A stretch of 64,000 nucleotides of DNA from Catajapyx aquilonaris (lineage: Eukaryota), in NCBI GenBank assembly GCA_000934665.2, contig KZ538095.1:1-64000 (forward strand), written 5' to 3'. The notes under the pieces were generated by a model, which was not told the DNA's origin, made no database searches, and saw only the letters and a program-made list of their open reading frames with translations. The translations under genes and the position numbers were made by a program. The first letter of the stretch is position 1; each line of letters opens with the position of its first letter. Shown here piece by piece: positions 12,431 to 25,668 of this stretch.

Positions 12431-14197
12431 AATAATAAATTATTTTATTAAAATTAATATGTTAAAACAGTGGTTGTAAATGGGAGAGAGGTCGATGTGA
12501 TCTTTGATCATGAATGAAAAGGGGAGTGAGTGGCGGCCCTCTTCAGATTGGGATCAACTCCCCTGGCACCTGGATTTAAGGCTGTATTATTGAAAGGAGC
12601 GGGTGGCCGCGGATCCATTCCTGGCTCTGGCTGCTTCCACATGTGTCCTGTTCACTCATACATGTTGAATCGAGTCAATCCGCTTGGTTTTCACATCATG
12701 TCGGCTGCGGAGGAGATGGCCATTTCCGTCCCAAAGGACCGTGTATCGCCGGGGGATTTAATAGGCGAGACCAAGCAAGGCCTATGTTTGAAGCGGAGTC
12801 TCCTCGTACCCACACCATCACCACCACATGGTGGGGTGGGCTAGCAGCACCCTACTCGCCCACTATTAATTATGCACCTCCCGAGTGCTCTTATTCACCT
12901 CCCAACTTTCCGCTGGAACTCATGCACTCCACCATGTTTGTGTCCCGGAGTGGGGGGTACTTACATAATTTACGAGCCGTTGTTTTTGTCGATTCTTGAC
13001 ACTCACACTGTCACGCGCCGTAACCCACGTAACGCTCGGGCCTAAATCAGTTTCAGTGGTTTTCTGCCTAATTTGAGTTTTTTTTAAAAAAAAAGCTGGT
13101 GTAGTTGAAATTTTTGACTCAAATTTTTTAACGTGTGGTTGAAAATAAGGAAGCACATAGGTGCCTCAGCATTCCAAATGAGTCATCATCTGACCGGTTT
13201 TCTGCGGTTAAAAGGAGAAACCGCAGGGGGATGGCCATGTGCATCTTTAGGCTATAAATTATTATTAGATATGATAGAGTGGAATACCGGGCCCCCGTCT
13301 CCTAAATTCCGCCGATTTGTATGCGAGGCTCGGGGTCCATTGAGCAAGTAGTAGCTCTTCTGTTACTCGCCTAGGTGGTAAATCTACATTATGATGATGA
13401 AGCTCTGCCTCTCCTGCCTTCTTATATGGTCAAGGAGGATCTGGGAAGGGGACAATGGGACAAGGAACGTGAACCACCTACCTGATGCTGCAGGTGTCAC
13501 CCAGACTCAATTTGCATATTTGGCCTCTGTGTGAGAGCGTGTGTGTGTGTGTGAGCACTGGAATTGGAATCGAGGGTTGGAAAACGAATATAATCGTCGA
13601 GCCTGCTGGTTGCTGGGCGTTCGGAAGAACCGGAGGGCGGTTTTGCCCAAGCGAATTACCTGAGTCGGCGGGCTTTTAAAATTCTCAACCCCTAGGCATA
13701 TCCGTGAAGTAGTTAACGTTGGCGTAACTACGGCATATAGTTCATTTACAGCGCGGGTTTGCCTGAAACGGCGATTTCAGTTGTTACTAAACCCAACTCT
13801 CTTCCTCCTATAACCTTACTAAACAGACATTGGTTCGCCGCCCCTTCAAAATAACGCCACATTCGATCCGCACATAAAGCGGGCAAACATTTATGCAAAC
13901 GACTAAGTTCCAATGCTGAAACGCCAAAACCCTTTTTCCCCACATAATTTATGAGGAGATACGATTGGTGGGGGGAGGGTTGGTACTATGGGGGTTAAAA
14001 CGCAGTCCGTCGTCTTGCTCGAGTAAAATTTTATTCGCTTCCCGGGGATGAAATTGGATCCCATTTCATTTTGGCATTCCCTCATCATATTTTAGGAACG
14101 GGCTAATTCCATTTGGCTCATAAAATCGGGCCATTGTGGGGCCTCTCGTCAGCACTACATCAATGAAATAGTTTATATTCGGGGGGGCGGGGGGGGG

Positions 14198-14391
14198 NNN
14201 NNNNNNNNNNNNNNNNNNNNNNNNNNNNNNNNNNNNNNNNNNNNNNNNNNNNNNNNNNNNNNNNNNNNNNNNNNNNNNNNNNNNNNNNNNNNNNNNNNNN
14301 NNNNNNNNNNNNNNNNNNNNNNNNNNNNNNNNNNNNNNNNNNNNNNNNNNNNNNNNNNNNNNNNNNNNNNNNNNNNNNNNNNNNNNNNNNN
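14198..14391. other. Assembly gap (194 N) flanked by poly-G
   Basis: Run of N seen directly. Smaller Ns at 309, 11158, 12318, 16687-16692, 17576 and 60238 also lie in or next to G/C homopolymers. Confidence 0.99.
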
Positions 14392-14444
14392 GGGGGGGGG
14401 GGGCATCTCTGTCCGGGGCTCGATTTTCCCTGGCCGCACCCAGC

Positions 14445-14490
14445 CTCTCTCTCTCTCCCTCTCTCTCTCACCCCTCTCTCTCCCTCTCTC
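14445..14490 (+). repeat. Imperfect (CT)n / GAGA tract
   Basis: CTCTCTCTCTCTCCCTCTCTCTCTCACCCCTCTCTCTCCCTCTCTC seen directly. Confidence 0.9.
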
Positions 14491-17400
14491 ACTCCACCAA
14501 CCAGCTAATACGGTAATAGACGTGCTATAGGCCAATAGCATCCGGAGAGCTCTCGCTTCCCGACTGCAACAAGCCAACAGGCTCTCTCTGGCTATATACC
14601 TACAGGGTTTGGCCGGGTAGAGGGAGGGGGGAGAGAGAGGGTTTTTGGGGGTAATCAGTTTGAAACAGCATTGTGATGCGCTCCCTGTCCTTTTAGGAGA
14701 TTATTTTATATGGAGGATGGATTCCGGTTTCGCCACGTGGATTTGTACGGGCTGGACTTTGTGAGCTGGGGAGCGGGTTGGAAACACTTGTTTCTAGTCC
14801 ACGCTTGTGTTTTGGGACTGGAAATGTGGCGGCGTTGGAAGGAGCTGATTGGCTAAGGGAGGATCAGGATTGGGGCTGAGATGGGATTAGCCAGTGGGAG
14901 CAACGCGGGGTTGCCGCTTCGTGGCTTGTCACCTGTATGGTGTCAGGTGCTAGTTGGATGTACTGTATAGCAACGGTCTGTGTGCACAAGGTGGGTAGAT
15001 TGGCGGCAGGAAGGAGGCGCAACAATATGAGCTGGATCAAAGCAATCTGGGTGCTTGGGTGGTGTTTGTTCCTCTTGGGCTGGTTCTTCAGCAGCTAGTG
15101 CGTTCCGCGACATTACGCCTGCTGCTGGTCTCAATAAGCGGCGCAGCCCTGGTTTCTCTTTGAGGCAGGCGCCCTCTTGATATGGAAATGATATTGACCT
15201 CCATTAGAGCCGTGTTTAACCCAGGCCGGCGTCATCAAGGCAGCCCAACCCCGCCTACTTTCTTTGCTCAAAGCCCATTGGACACTTAATACCCGTTTAT
15301 GAGTGCCTCTCGGTTGCCGCCGGCTTGCATACGCAATGTGCAAGCAAGCAAGGGTAGGAGAGCCAGGTGCAGGAGGACACTTACCCAATATTGCCCCAAA
15401 GGTTGATGCTACTGCTTCATTTTCTGCCTGCACCGGAACGTCACTTGCCCGGGCCTATTGTTGACCCACCGGCGCCTTTGATTCCAGAATTTAATTACGC
15501 ATCCTAATGAGCCTGTACTACCCGGCCCCGATAAGAAACTACAAGACTCCCGATGCTATGGGGCACTATGCTTCCAATTGCTTCCATTCGACAGAATGGT
15601 CTTAAATACTTCTGAAGAATCTCAACTATATAACATAGCATAACTTATTTGATCTAAAAAATTAAATGCAGTACATAATAATTTTTAAAAATTTAAATAA
15701 ACATTTTCTTAATGTCATTTTTGTGCCCCTTGGGATAGGTGGTCCTCACATTAGTCTTTATTTGAACACGTGCTATCATTAGGGACATGAGTGCCTGACC
15801 CTTTATATGCACTCGAAACAAATGCTGTCCGGAGCAAGGAAATGAATCCAAAGGCCACTTGCACTAATATTGTTGCAGGGGCGTGGGTTGCATGTGGGGG
15901 GTGTGGGATAGGGGGAAGGGGTGGGTCAGGGGGCAGGAATTCTGGGGGCTGCCAGCTATAGCTCCGTTGGGCCCCGGGTTTTGGTGGAGTAAAAGACAAA
16001 TGACAGGGGCAGCCAGGCAGGAGGAGGTTAATCTGTTTCATTAAATTCCAGCTGTCTCGCTACTGACCGATCAGTCCTCGTCACAGCCGCTGCAGGTATT
16101 ACATAGTTCTACCAACTATTTCCCCCCTACTTCACATACAATTATAAACGCTGCTGGCAGACTGGGATGGCGGGTCAGTCTGCGGGATAGGAGGCGAAAT
16201 CCTTATGTTTTTTTTTATTGCAGACCACACAATTTCTGCAACTTTTTTGAGCCGAATTCCCTTGCAAACAGTGGTTCAAAAAATCTCAAATGACAGGCGA
16301 GGGCAAAGGCGTAGTGCAAAAAGGGTCAATCGAAAAGCGTAAAATTGGTGCGCAATGTCCAATCCGGGCGTTACTGCAACATTTCCAGGCAGGAAGAACG
16401 ACAATCATAATGACATGCTTTCCGCTTGTTGAGTCTTGGTGAGTGTTTCCAATTAACACTGCGGGCTTTGGAAATGGGCAATTTGTGATCTCTTGGAAAA
16501 AGGCGCACGTTCTATCAAACAAAGTTGGGGGGGCCAGCAAAACACATTTAATTCTGTTTAGGAAGAATCGTCAACGGTAGCGTAATTTACGGAAATGTCA
16601 ATATTTGGCGAATTAGTGACTTTTGTGTGTTCTAGGAATCCCTAAACATAACAATTCTTTTCCCTACTGCTGCTGCCCCCCCCCCCNNNNNNGCCCCCCC
16701 CCCCCCCCCGTCCCCCACCCACTGCGTGATTGTGCATGTTGGGAGCGCCGCTCCGGATTGTTAGTTCTAGGCCGCGTCCGAACCCTGCCAAAAATAAGAG
16801 CTGAAAGCTAGGCTAATTTTCATACGTATTATTTTTTTGGTGGAGGCTTGTTGTCACGTGGCCTTGGCCAGGCCTGCGCATGACTTACAAATGCGGGATT
16901 TTTTGGCCCCGAGGTACCACGTGTGAAAAATTGTACCAAACAATTCGTGAACAAAAATGTGTATTGTTCCTCCTATTTAATAAACTGAAAATGATTGTGG
17001 AAATCCTGATTATGTCCCATTGCTACCAGTCCTGCTTCTAAATCCTTCCCCCATTGGCTCAGATGGCCGCTATCAGACACGTGCCCAACGTGTTGACTTG
17101 TGTCATTGGAGACACAAATGTACTTTGAGCTCCCCCCACTAGGACCCCAGTAGTCTCAATAAGGTCGAAGGGAGATCTGCATATCTGTTCATGAACTGGA
17201 TAAAACCTGGAATTTTCCCACCGGATAAAGCAGTCCGGTGGTGTTTAGCAGGGTAGTAATATATGCATTAATCCCCTTGGTTTGCATATGTATGAGGCTG
17301 GGGCTGGAGCTTGGAGTTTTTGGGAGGAGTGGGTGTGTGTGTGAGTGTGAGGGGGGGATGTGGGGTATGCATACGTACACACACGGCAGTGACATACCAC

Positions 17401-19723
17401 ACACTTAGGAGCAGACGAAAAAGAATTTTGTTTTGACTCCAGTTGCTTCAGCCTACGAATCGATTACCGACTCCAAATGTCATTGGTAATCACAGCCGAT
17501 GGTAAAATCAGTCTACGCATTTCCCCAGCACCGGCAGTGGGTGGGTGGGTGGAAAGTGTGGGGGGGAGGGGGAGGNATCCTGTTGGGATTTGCATGGCAT
17601 TTACATGCGACACGGGGGAATGGAATCAAAGTCAACAAAAAGGTTAAAAAGCAGAGGGTCTGGCCGGCCAGCTGCCAAATTTGCATGAAATGTCACAATA
17701 GAGAAGCGGGGCTTGAATGGTGTCATTTCAACCCGGGGACAAGGGGGTTGGCTGGTTGTGTGGGTGGGGGGAGAGCGATAGAGACATGCATGCAGAAATA
17801 AACATTTTCGATCCCATACACTGTTAATTCATCAACAGGGCTTGTTATGACACAAAAGGGCAAAGTCAACATCCGGGGCGCAAGTGTGAAACATTGCAGA
17901 GAAAAAGGCGTGCGCACTACTGGGGGTGGGGGTAGGGGGCTCTATAGATGTCAACGTTGCTGGGACACCAAGACCATCTTCAGAGTGGGTGGTAAAAAAA
18001 AAGTGGGGGTGGAGGAAGCCTGACACCCAATATTTGCAGCGAGAAAGGGTCACCCAAAAGTTGTGAAATTTGCGACAGAGGAATCTGCAGTGCAGAAATT
18101 CCATTCGCTGAAGAGTGGGCATGCTAGGGAGATGGTGTTTCAGAAACTGCGACGTGCCATGATGCCTTCTCCCAAGCGCTCCACATTTCCATACAAAAGA
18201 AATCCAAAGCGAAGCGACAGACATTCATGACACTTCTGAAAAAGAAAAAAAAAAAACACTTTCTTCTCGCTCGTCTACCATTTTTCGGCCATTTTCGCCC
18301 AGCCACTGCGACCGTAAAAATTCCTGTCGCGTCTCATTGCGATGGTCCAGATGCGTCTTAGTAACAGTGGGTCAAATTTTGTTGACATTAGGAAAATTAG
18401 TTCCAAATTTGTAAATTATTCCAGATATTAATATTATCTGAAAGGGTAGCAAAATATAGTTTAGAGAAGAATTTGGCAACAATTTTCTTACACCATAAGA
18501 ACATCCCGCATCCTTGAGAATGGACACGATCCGTGCAAATACTCCGAAGTGCTCTTGGGTGTCTCCCCCCATTTGATTTATCGCGCCCGGACCACATCGA
18601 TCAGCGCCAGCTAGCGAGTTCTTCCCGAATCAGTTTTCATACTGCTTGAAATGCAGTGGCCTGAGACGGGGGGGACCAAAGTGGCCTTTTCGCCCCCCAC
18701 CCACGTCCATCAGAGTTCACCCCCTTCCCCCCTACACCCCATGGCTGGCATCCATCCCAGCAGTAGCCGCACTCCTATTCATTTATGCACATGTGTAACC
18801 GGGCGCTGTTTATGGAGGGCACACGGAGCACAAACGTTTCCTCGGCCTGCGTGTTTGAGGTCGAGTGAGCCAAGCACACACGTACGCCACACAGGACTGG
18901 GCAAACCGAGATCAAACACTGGCCTGCGCCCCCCCCGACAGGGACCGCTACCTTTGCCCAAAAATCCAAGGTTTATCTTTTTCCCCAGGTGTTTGTTCTG
19001 CTTAGGGTTTGTGCTTCAGAGAGACGGGATGAGGGGGTGGTCCATCATCAACTCTCTCTGCGCTTTGAAAACTACATTGGCTAGAGCCAGTTGGCCAAAT
19101 TAGTCCGACAACGCCATTCCATTTGAGGTCCTTTCCGGAGTGGACTCGAGAGGATCCGTGTGTTGGCCAGCTAGGCGTCCCGGCACCGTATTGTGATCGT
19201 GATGGAATTGCAAACACTGAGGGGGGCACCCTGGGGGAAAAAAAATTCACCCCCACCCACCCCCTAAGTTTGGTAAGCCTCTTTGCATCCAAGGCAATGA
19301 CTCGCTCCTAATTATAGTGAGGGAAAAGCTATGTCATTTACTACGGCACAGATTCATAGCCTATACTATATAAGCACAATCTGAGATTTGGTGCAACTAT
19401 AGGGTAAAAACAAACAGGTTAATGGGCAAGTGCCATATAGAGCATGTTGTAAATATAACACCTAATAAGCCGAGGATGGCGGCAGTAAAATGGGGCTAGC
19501 ACCGGCTCATAAAGGGCGTGGATCACGAAGATCATATTTATTTATGGCGCAAATGGAGCTTACTTGGCGGAAGGTCTAATAGGAAGTCAGGAGGGGACTA
19601 GGTGGGGGGGGGGTGGAGAGAAGGCGATGCGGATCGATGTTTGGAATAGGGTGGTGTATGGACCTAGAAGATGGTCGACTTGAGAGCAATCTGACTGGCC
19701 GCATGTTGCGCCGCGCTCCATTC

Positions 19724-19752
19724 GACGGCCATCTGTCGGCCGAAAGAGGACT
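19724..19752 (-). promoter_or_regulatory. CTCF-like motif with possible upstream motif
   Basis: Minus strand AGTCCTCTTTC-GGCCGACAGATGGCCGTC resembles the CCGNCAGATGGCGC-type core, with an AGTCC element spaced much as in the 3004 and 20489 sites. Confidence 0.4.
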
Positions 19753-20461
19753 TTCCGTTATGCAGTTTATCCGGATAGTTTAAAAAATTTGAGAGAAAAT
19801 TATGGGTCTAGATACGAACAAAATGTCAAATATTTTGGTCAAACGTGCAGGAATTCTGGAAGAAAATTAGTGGAAATCACTAAAGGACCAACAATGTAAT
19901 TTAAAATTTTGAACTCAAATTTTGCACCTTCATCAAAAATTGAGCCGAAAATTATTTTAGTGTTCTAACATGCATTGTTCTTTATATGAAGGGCTGGTAT
20001 AAGATGGGCGCTATGGTTACATGCAGTCAGGTCACGCTCGTTTTTTTCTTCTTCGAACCTAAAATATTAGATTATCGTCCGGAGCAGGGTAACGTCTTCA
20101 TGTCTCGAGGTTTATGACAGAAACGCATCGACATAACCGTAAATTCTCCACACAACTCTAGAGACCCGCCGTGAAAGGGTCGCCTTTCCAAAGAACGTGC
20201 GTCGATTCCAAATGGGTCCTATTAATTTCTGTTCGCTTTGAAGGCGGAATCTTCAATTTATGTAGTTAGACCCTGTATAGTATGCGCACGACGGGGCCTG
20301 GGATTAGCGTCTTGCGTTGGAATGTACTGGACAGAATGATATGCGTCGTTCAAAGGGTCACCCGGGGTGGGCCGAAAAGTCTGCGATATTTTGTCACAAT
20401 TTATGGTTGGACAGATGGTATAGTAGCGACATGGCAGCTAATTTTTTAAAATTGGTCCCCA

Positions 20462-20531
20462 TTCTGCGCTTGCGCAATGGGGGGAAGGCAGCGCCTCTGG
20501 TGGATTGGATGAGGAACTAGTTAAATAAAAT
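20462..20531 (-). promoter_or_regulatory. Copy B of the duplicated ~70-bp module (CTCF-like core plus NRF1-like TGCGCTTGCGCA)
   Basis: Core CAGCGCCTCTGGTGG at 20489-20503 is identical to 3004-3018. 59/70 identity over the module. Confidence 0.6.
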
Positions 20532-23500
20532 AATACACGTTGTCGCCTCGAGTTACGTATGCCGCCTTTGTACTGTACCTGTGAATAATAGCCGGACACC
20601 CACCTTCTTCCACGTGCTGACGACATATAAATTTCTTTCGGGTTTGTAAGGTCAAATCACGAAGCTTATCAATCCCCTCGTCGTGCGTCAAGGATCGGGA
20701 ATGTCTCCGATTAAATACAAGACTGGAAAGAAAAGAAACTGACTGCCTTTCTCGGCCAAGAAAAAAAAAGGTTCTCGGCGTATTCATACTTCCTTTATGC
20801 AGCCTTCCATCAATCAGTGCCCCCCCCCCCCTCCAGACTTGGTTGGGGGTTTATCTGATATTGCAATCCATAGCCGGTCCCTTGAACAGGAACCGCTGGA
20901 CCAGTTCGGTTTCTACGTTGACAGAGGGAATTTCGTGAGCCAACTACGAATAGTGGCCAATGTGACTCTTATCTCCGATGGTTTGGGGGAGGGTTGTTTT
21001 TATCTCAGCATCTCTAGGGGTGTACTTTTGGAATGCCGGGAGGATACGGGTTCGAAGGCTAGGGAGTTATTGACACGGCTTCAATGCGGCGGCTATATGT
21101 AATATTGAGTGAAGCTGATTAAAACATCGGGGCGGCAGCGCAAAGCCGGGTCACATATCAAAATAATTGCCTTTGGTTACCGGTTGATTGTGCTGTTTAT
21201 CAAGGGTGGGATTGGCAGGTTGTGAGCCTTGGTTTGGCCAAAATGGACAAAAATTGCGCCGATTATGCTAGTCCACCGGGTAGCCAGGAGTGTATAAGAA
21301 CAAGATCACAAATCAACGATCTTTTACGACCCAATTAGACGGGGCTAACTGATTGCCGGCCCACGCCATCGGTGTGATTAGTCCCAACAAATTTTTCAAC
21401 CATTGTGTTCGTGAGTAACCGAATAAGTGTCCGTCCCATGATTAGCCCTCCTGCAATTGTTAACTATTGTGTCTTTTGAGTGACCATCTTGGCCTTATAG
21501 GTGAGCAGGCACCATCGTACCATATATCCTGGTCGCAGCACCAGGTGGTGCCCATGACAATGGGTTGGCGATCACGAACTAGTTGGCAGCAAAGGCCATC
21601 AGCAGTCAGTCTAGGGTGGCTACCGGCCTCCACAAAAAAAATATAAAAAATATATAAAAAATGGGTGGGTGTGGGGTGGGGGGAAACAAGAGGCATCCTC
21701 ATCCATCAGATAGAGTTACTCTTTATTCCGCTCTGCCATTCTTAATCTCCTGATACCTTTGTCACATGGTCCGAGTGACCCTGAACAGAATTTTAAAGCG
21801 TCATTAAGATAAGTTATGAGACGTGTTGTATATGAAAACTGGTCATATTATGGCCTATTCTCTGCCGACATCTCCAACGCTCCGATAGCATCTTGAATAC
21901 AAAGAAGGCGGAGCTAGGTGAGGATGAGGGGTGAAAAATGTCAATTATTTATATCTGGATGAAAGTAGACGGGGACACGGATACATATTTCATGCTATTA
22001 GAAAGGCTGACGTGAGTAATGGTCGACTCGTTGCAGGTTTAACAACCTGGTTTGGACCCAGTCGACCATTCTCTTCTCCTCCTTCAAAAATTATGACGCA
22101 AGTCTAAGAGGGGTGGTATGTCCCGCAGACTCCTCCAAATAACGACTCTGCTTTGTCTCCCTTCTTTTTTAATGACCTGACACTGATAGATTCCGGTCTG
22201 GCTATTAGAAGGGCGAGCAGATTTGTCTTGCTTTGGTCCACAGGGCTGCCTTCCTTTGCCTTGATTTCTGAAGAGGGACCGACATGAGACTCACGTTCTT
22301 CGGGGGGTGGTAGCATCTCTTGAGGACAGACTTCCCACAGGGGTGATTTGTCGTCGCACGCGGTGGGTGTGGTGTGTTTTATAGGACCCCTACACCTGTT
22401 CAGGTGCATTTGAGGGTACTGAAATAAGTACTATTCCATTCAAAGTGGATAAAAACGCTATCTTCGACCTGTCACACCCAGCTATATTTATTCATCCTGT
22501 CCTCACCCTTCTGACTCTTATTGCACTTTTTGGTGTGAATAGCTCTCAGGATCAAGGTGTCCCTGATAAAAATCAAAAAAGTGGGTATTTTATTCACAAC
22601 TTTATTTAATGTTTGCTTACAGACATCGTGACCTGCCGTTTCTTGTGGCAGGGGCGTGGTATTGTTGGGATAGCAACATCCGAAGATGGGTAGAAAAAAA
22701 ATGAGCAAGCTTGTTAAAAGTTGTCTAATTTAATCCTAGGGTTGGGGAGTGAGCATCCTGCCACCTATCTCTACTTTTCCCCCCCTTCTGTTTTCGAGCC
22801 AACCGACCAACCCTCCTTCCAAGATTTATAAGAGGAAAGGGCAGTCGGGGCCAAGAAGTCTCATGAACGTGCTGATTTTTACTAATGGCTCCCTTCCCAG
22901 AGCCAACCTGCCTTTGTCGCCTTTGTCAGCAGAGACAAGAGGCAAGGGGGGAAATTATTTTTCTCGGCCGATTGTCCCCTTGGCTCTCCGGAAAATAAAT
23001 ATCCCACGCGCTCTCCCCGTCATAGGAATTTTTATAGGCCATTAAACGTGGGCCAGGTTGGCGTTGGGGACCTCCGGCGAAGGGCCTGAAAAATGAAGGG
23101 CGTTCCGTGCAAGTGGGACAAAAGACACGGCGGCCATCCATGAGCGAATCTGTCTTTATTGTCACCAGAGTGTCGCGAGTGGCAGCCACCATCTTCGATC
23201 ACTCCTGCCACCTTTGTTCGAAGATTTTATTGTATAACCCAACCTGCTGTCTCGTTACCATGTTGCAATGCACCACTCTTATTCGAGGTTACTAACTTCC
23301 TGCCAGTCTGGTACTAAATAAATATTGCTTTTTTTCTTTTCCCCCACTTCTTGTAACCCCCCATCGTTGTTCCTGCTGCGAAGCACTGCTGACTCTCTAG
23401 TAACCTTGTCACTTGGCCAGCTCCTAACCTGCGCATTACATCACATGACAGCAGGGCCTCCTCCTGCTGTAGGGTCGGTCTCCTAGCGGGAAAAAGGTGA

Positions 23501-24488
23501 TAAGATATGAATCGTATCTGGCTGCCGAGTTGAAGCTTCACGCTCATTTTGCTCCCCGTTGGGCCAATCTGTTCGGTTCGGGGATCCAAGAAAGGAGGCT
23601 ATCAAACGTTTCTTATACGCATCGCTTACCTTGGGATGAATTGCCCTCTAAAAAATTTTTTGCTGACATTTTTCTATCGACAGATTTTTTTGAGGGGATG
23701 AAACGCGAATTTGTTCGACCAGGAAATGAGGGTGGAATAGGGGGAAAAAATGTTGCGAATGACATGGCACTCTTCAGGCGACAATAATTCTTGCCAGCCA
23801 TGCGTTGAAAGGTTTCAGTAACTGAATTTTAAGAAGGGGGTCATCAAGTGTATAATTAAAGGGTCTGTTGTAAAGGAATATAAGGTCGCATTTTCTCTCA
23901 CGCGCTTCGAAGCTTTGATGGAAAATGTGAAGGGCAGCATTTTTGACGACAAGCACAATAAAGTGTGATGGCAGGTGCGTGACATCACCTTGCAGCAGGG
24001 CAGCTTTATGGCGAAGTCTGATCGTCCACTAACTTGGTATTAGTGCGCTAGTTTATGACCGTGTGCCCTATGCTCAATAGTCGGAAGGGGTTATATAGTC
24101 GATGCTAGTCATGAAACAGATGCAATAGACTTTGTATCACCCGCACAGAACTGTTCAATTTTGTTCACTGCTGATGTAGCCCAGGAAAGTCAATAGTCGA
24201 GTCTATGGCTAGTCAGCCAACAGGCTCTGGAGTAGCTGACATATAGGACACAAATGCATAATACATAAACAGGAGGTGTGTGTTGTGTACTTTCCACTTT
24301 AGGCTGTTATTATGGGCAAAAATTACCATACAATTACATTAAGTTAAATATTTATTGAGAACTATTAATTATAAATGTTCAGCGTATATTCTGCACATAG
24401 CACTTCTGTACTTTACTTTTTTAAAGTTCATCTATGTCCCCTTTTAGTTCATTTGTATCTTGAGTGTCATTTTGTTCCGATGCTCATA

Positions 24489-24540
24489 TACCGATTTGGA
24501 GACGGGACAAGTTCTCACTTGTTCCGTCTCCAAATCGGTA
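24489..24540. repeat. 52-bp near-perfect hairpin (24-bp stem, 4-nt loop)
   Basis: TACCGATTTGGAGACGGGACAAGT-TCTC-ACTTGTTCCGTCTCCAAATCGGTA. The single non-Watson-Crick position would be a G-U pair in + strand RNA. Confidence 0.9.
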
Positions 24541-25426
24541 CATCCTCCAAACTGAATGTCCAACACTCTAGGACATTTTTCACCTGTTCTCGGTGCATTT
24601 CCAACAGGTGAGAGAGAAAGGTCATCGTGTCACATTCAGAGCATGTACTTTTCCAATCGGTTCCGCATTTTATTCACGCGACTTTACTGGAGTGGAAACT
24701 TTTGCGGCGAAGGAAGTCTGAAACGTGGCAGCCATCGTACGGACAAATTGGGACTAACCCTCCCACCTAATTTGACGTACTGTCCCTATAAGACTTAGTA
24801 AGCGTGCATCCCGGATGTGCATGTCTTCCTGGAGGTTCTTGGGTGGAGCAATCCCATCTTGACCCCCCTGGAAAACCACACCTTCTTTTTCGCAGATCAT
24901 CTGATGCACCACCGACTCTCAATTTGTTCCGATGGAAATTCAAACGCCCGGACCTTCCACTCATTTTTTCCCTAGGGCTATACAGCAGCATCTTCCAAGA
25001 CAACCGTTGTCTTAATACCCGCGTGAGTTCGATCCGCAGCATGCTTTTTGCATGTCATTTAATGGATTAACAGCCGGGGTAGGCTACTTCAATGGAGTGG
25101 AAAACTCTGGCGGTTATGTCTCGCGGTGACTGCAACGCTCGGTTGGAGCACGAACCTGATCCTAATTTCCAGGAAATGACCTGCAATTTGCATGAATTCA
25201 TACAGGCCGATCTATCAGACGGTGTCGTACCAATTAGTCCGTACCAAGGACATTTTAGAAAGAATTTTAGGCCAATATGGCACCTTTTGTGACGTTCCTC
25301 ACTAGATGTCAGGAGTGTGTCTATAATGGCTACTGTTCCTCCCTAGGACCTAGGGAGTCGTGAAACGGCCTGGCTGCAGGCTGTTCTCAATAAATGGATT
25401 GTACCAAATCTGTGTGTTATTAGACC

Positions 25427-25668
25427 CAGGGTCCCCTACATGGTTGCCTCCCCCACCCTAACCAGGGTATTATCTTCACGTAGTCCTTATGCAATCTAGC
25501 TCCAATATGGCCGCCCCATGCTGCAGGATAGGGAATTGGCAAGCGATTCGTTTTTGTTTTTTTTCAATTTTTTTTTCACTGCATGTAGCTCCTATGTGAA
25601 TTAGCTCCAATATGGCGGAGAGACAATACCCTGTCTAGGTGGGGGAGGCACTCATGTAGGTGACCCTG
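25427..25668. mobile_element. 242-bp hAT-superfamily MITE
   Basis: ~48-bp imperfect TIRs starting CAGGGTC (left CAGGGTCCCCTACATGGTTGCCTCCCCCACC..., right-end reverse complement CAGGGTCACCTACATGAGTGCCTCCCCCACC...). Exact 8-bp TSD ATTAGACC (25419-25426 and 25669-25676). Internal direct repeat TAGCTCCAATATGGC occurs twice. Confidence 0.9.
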
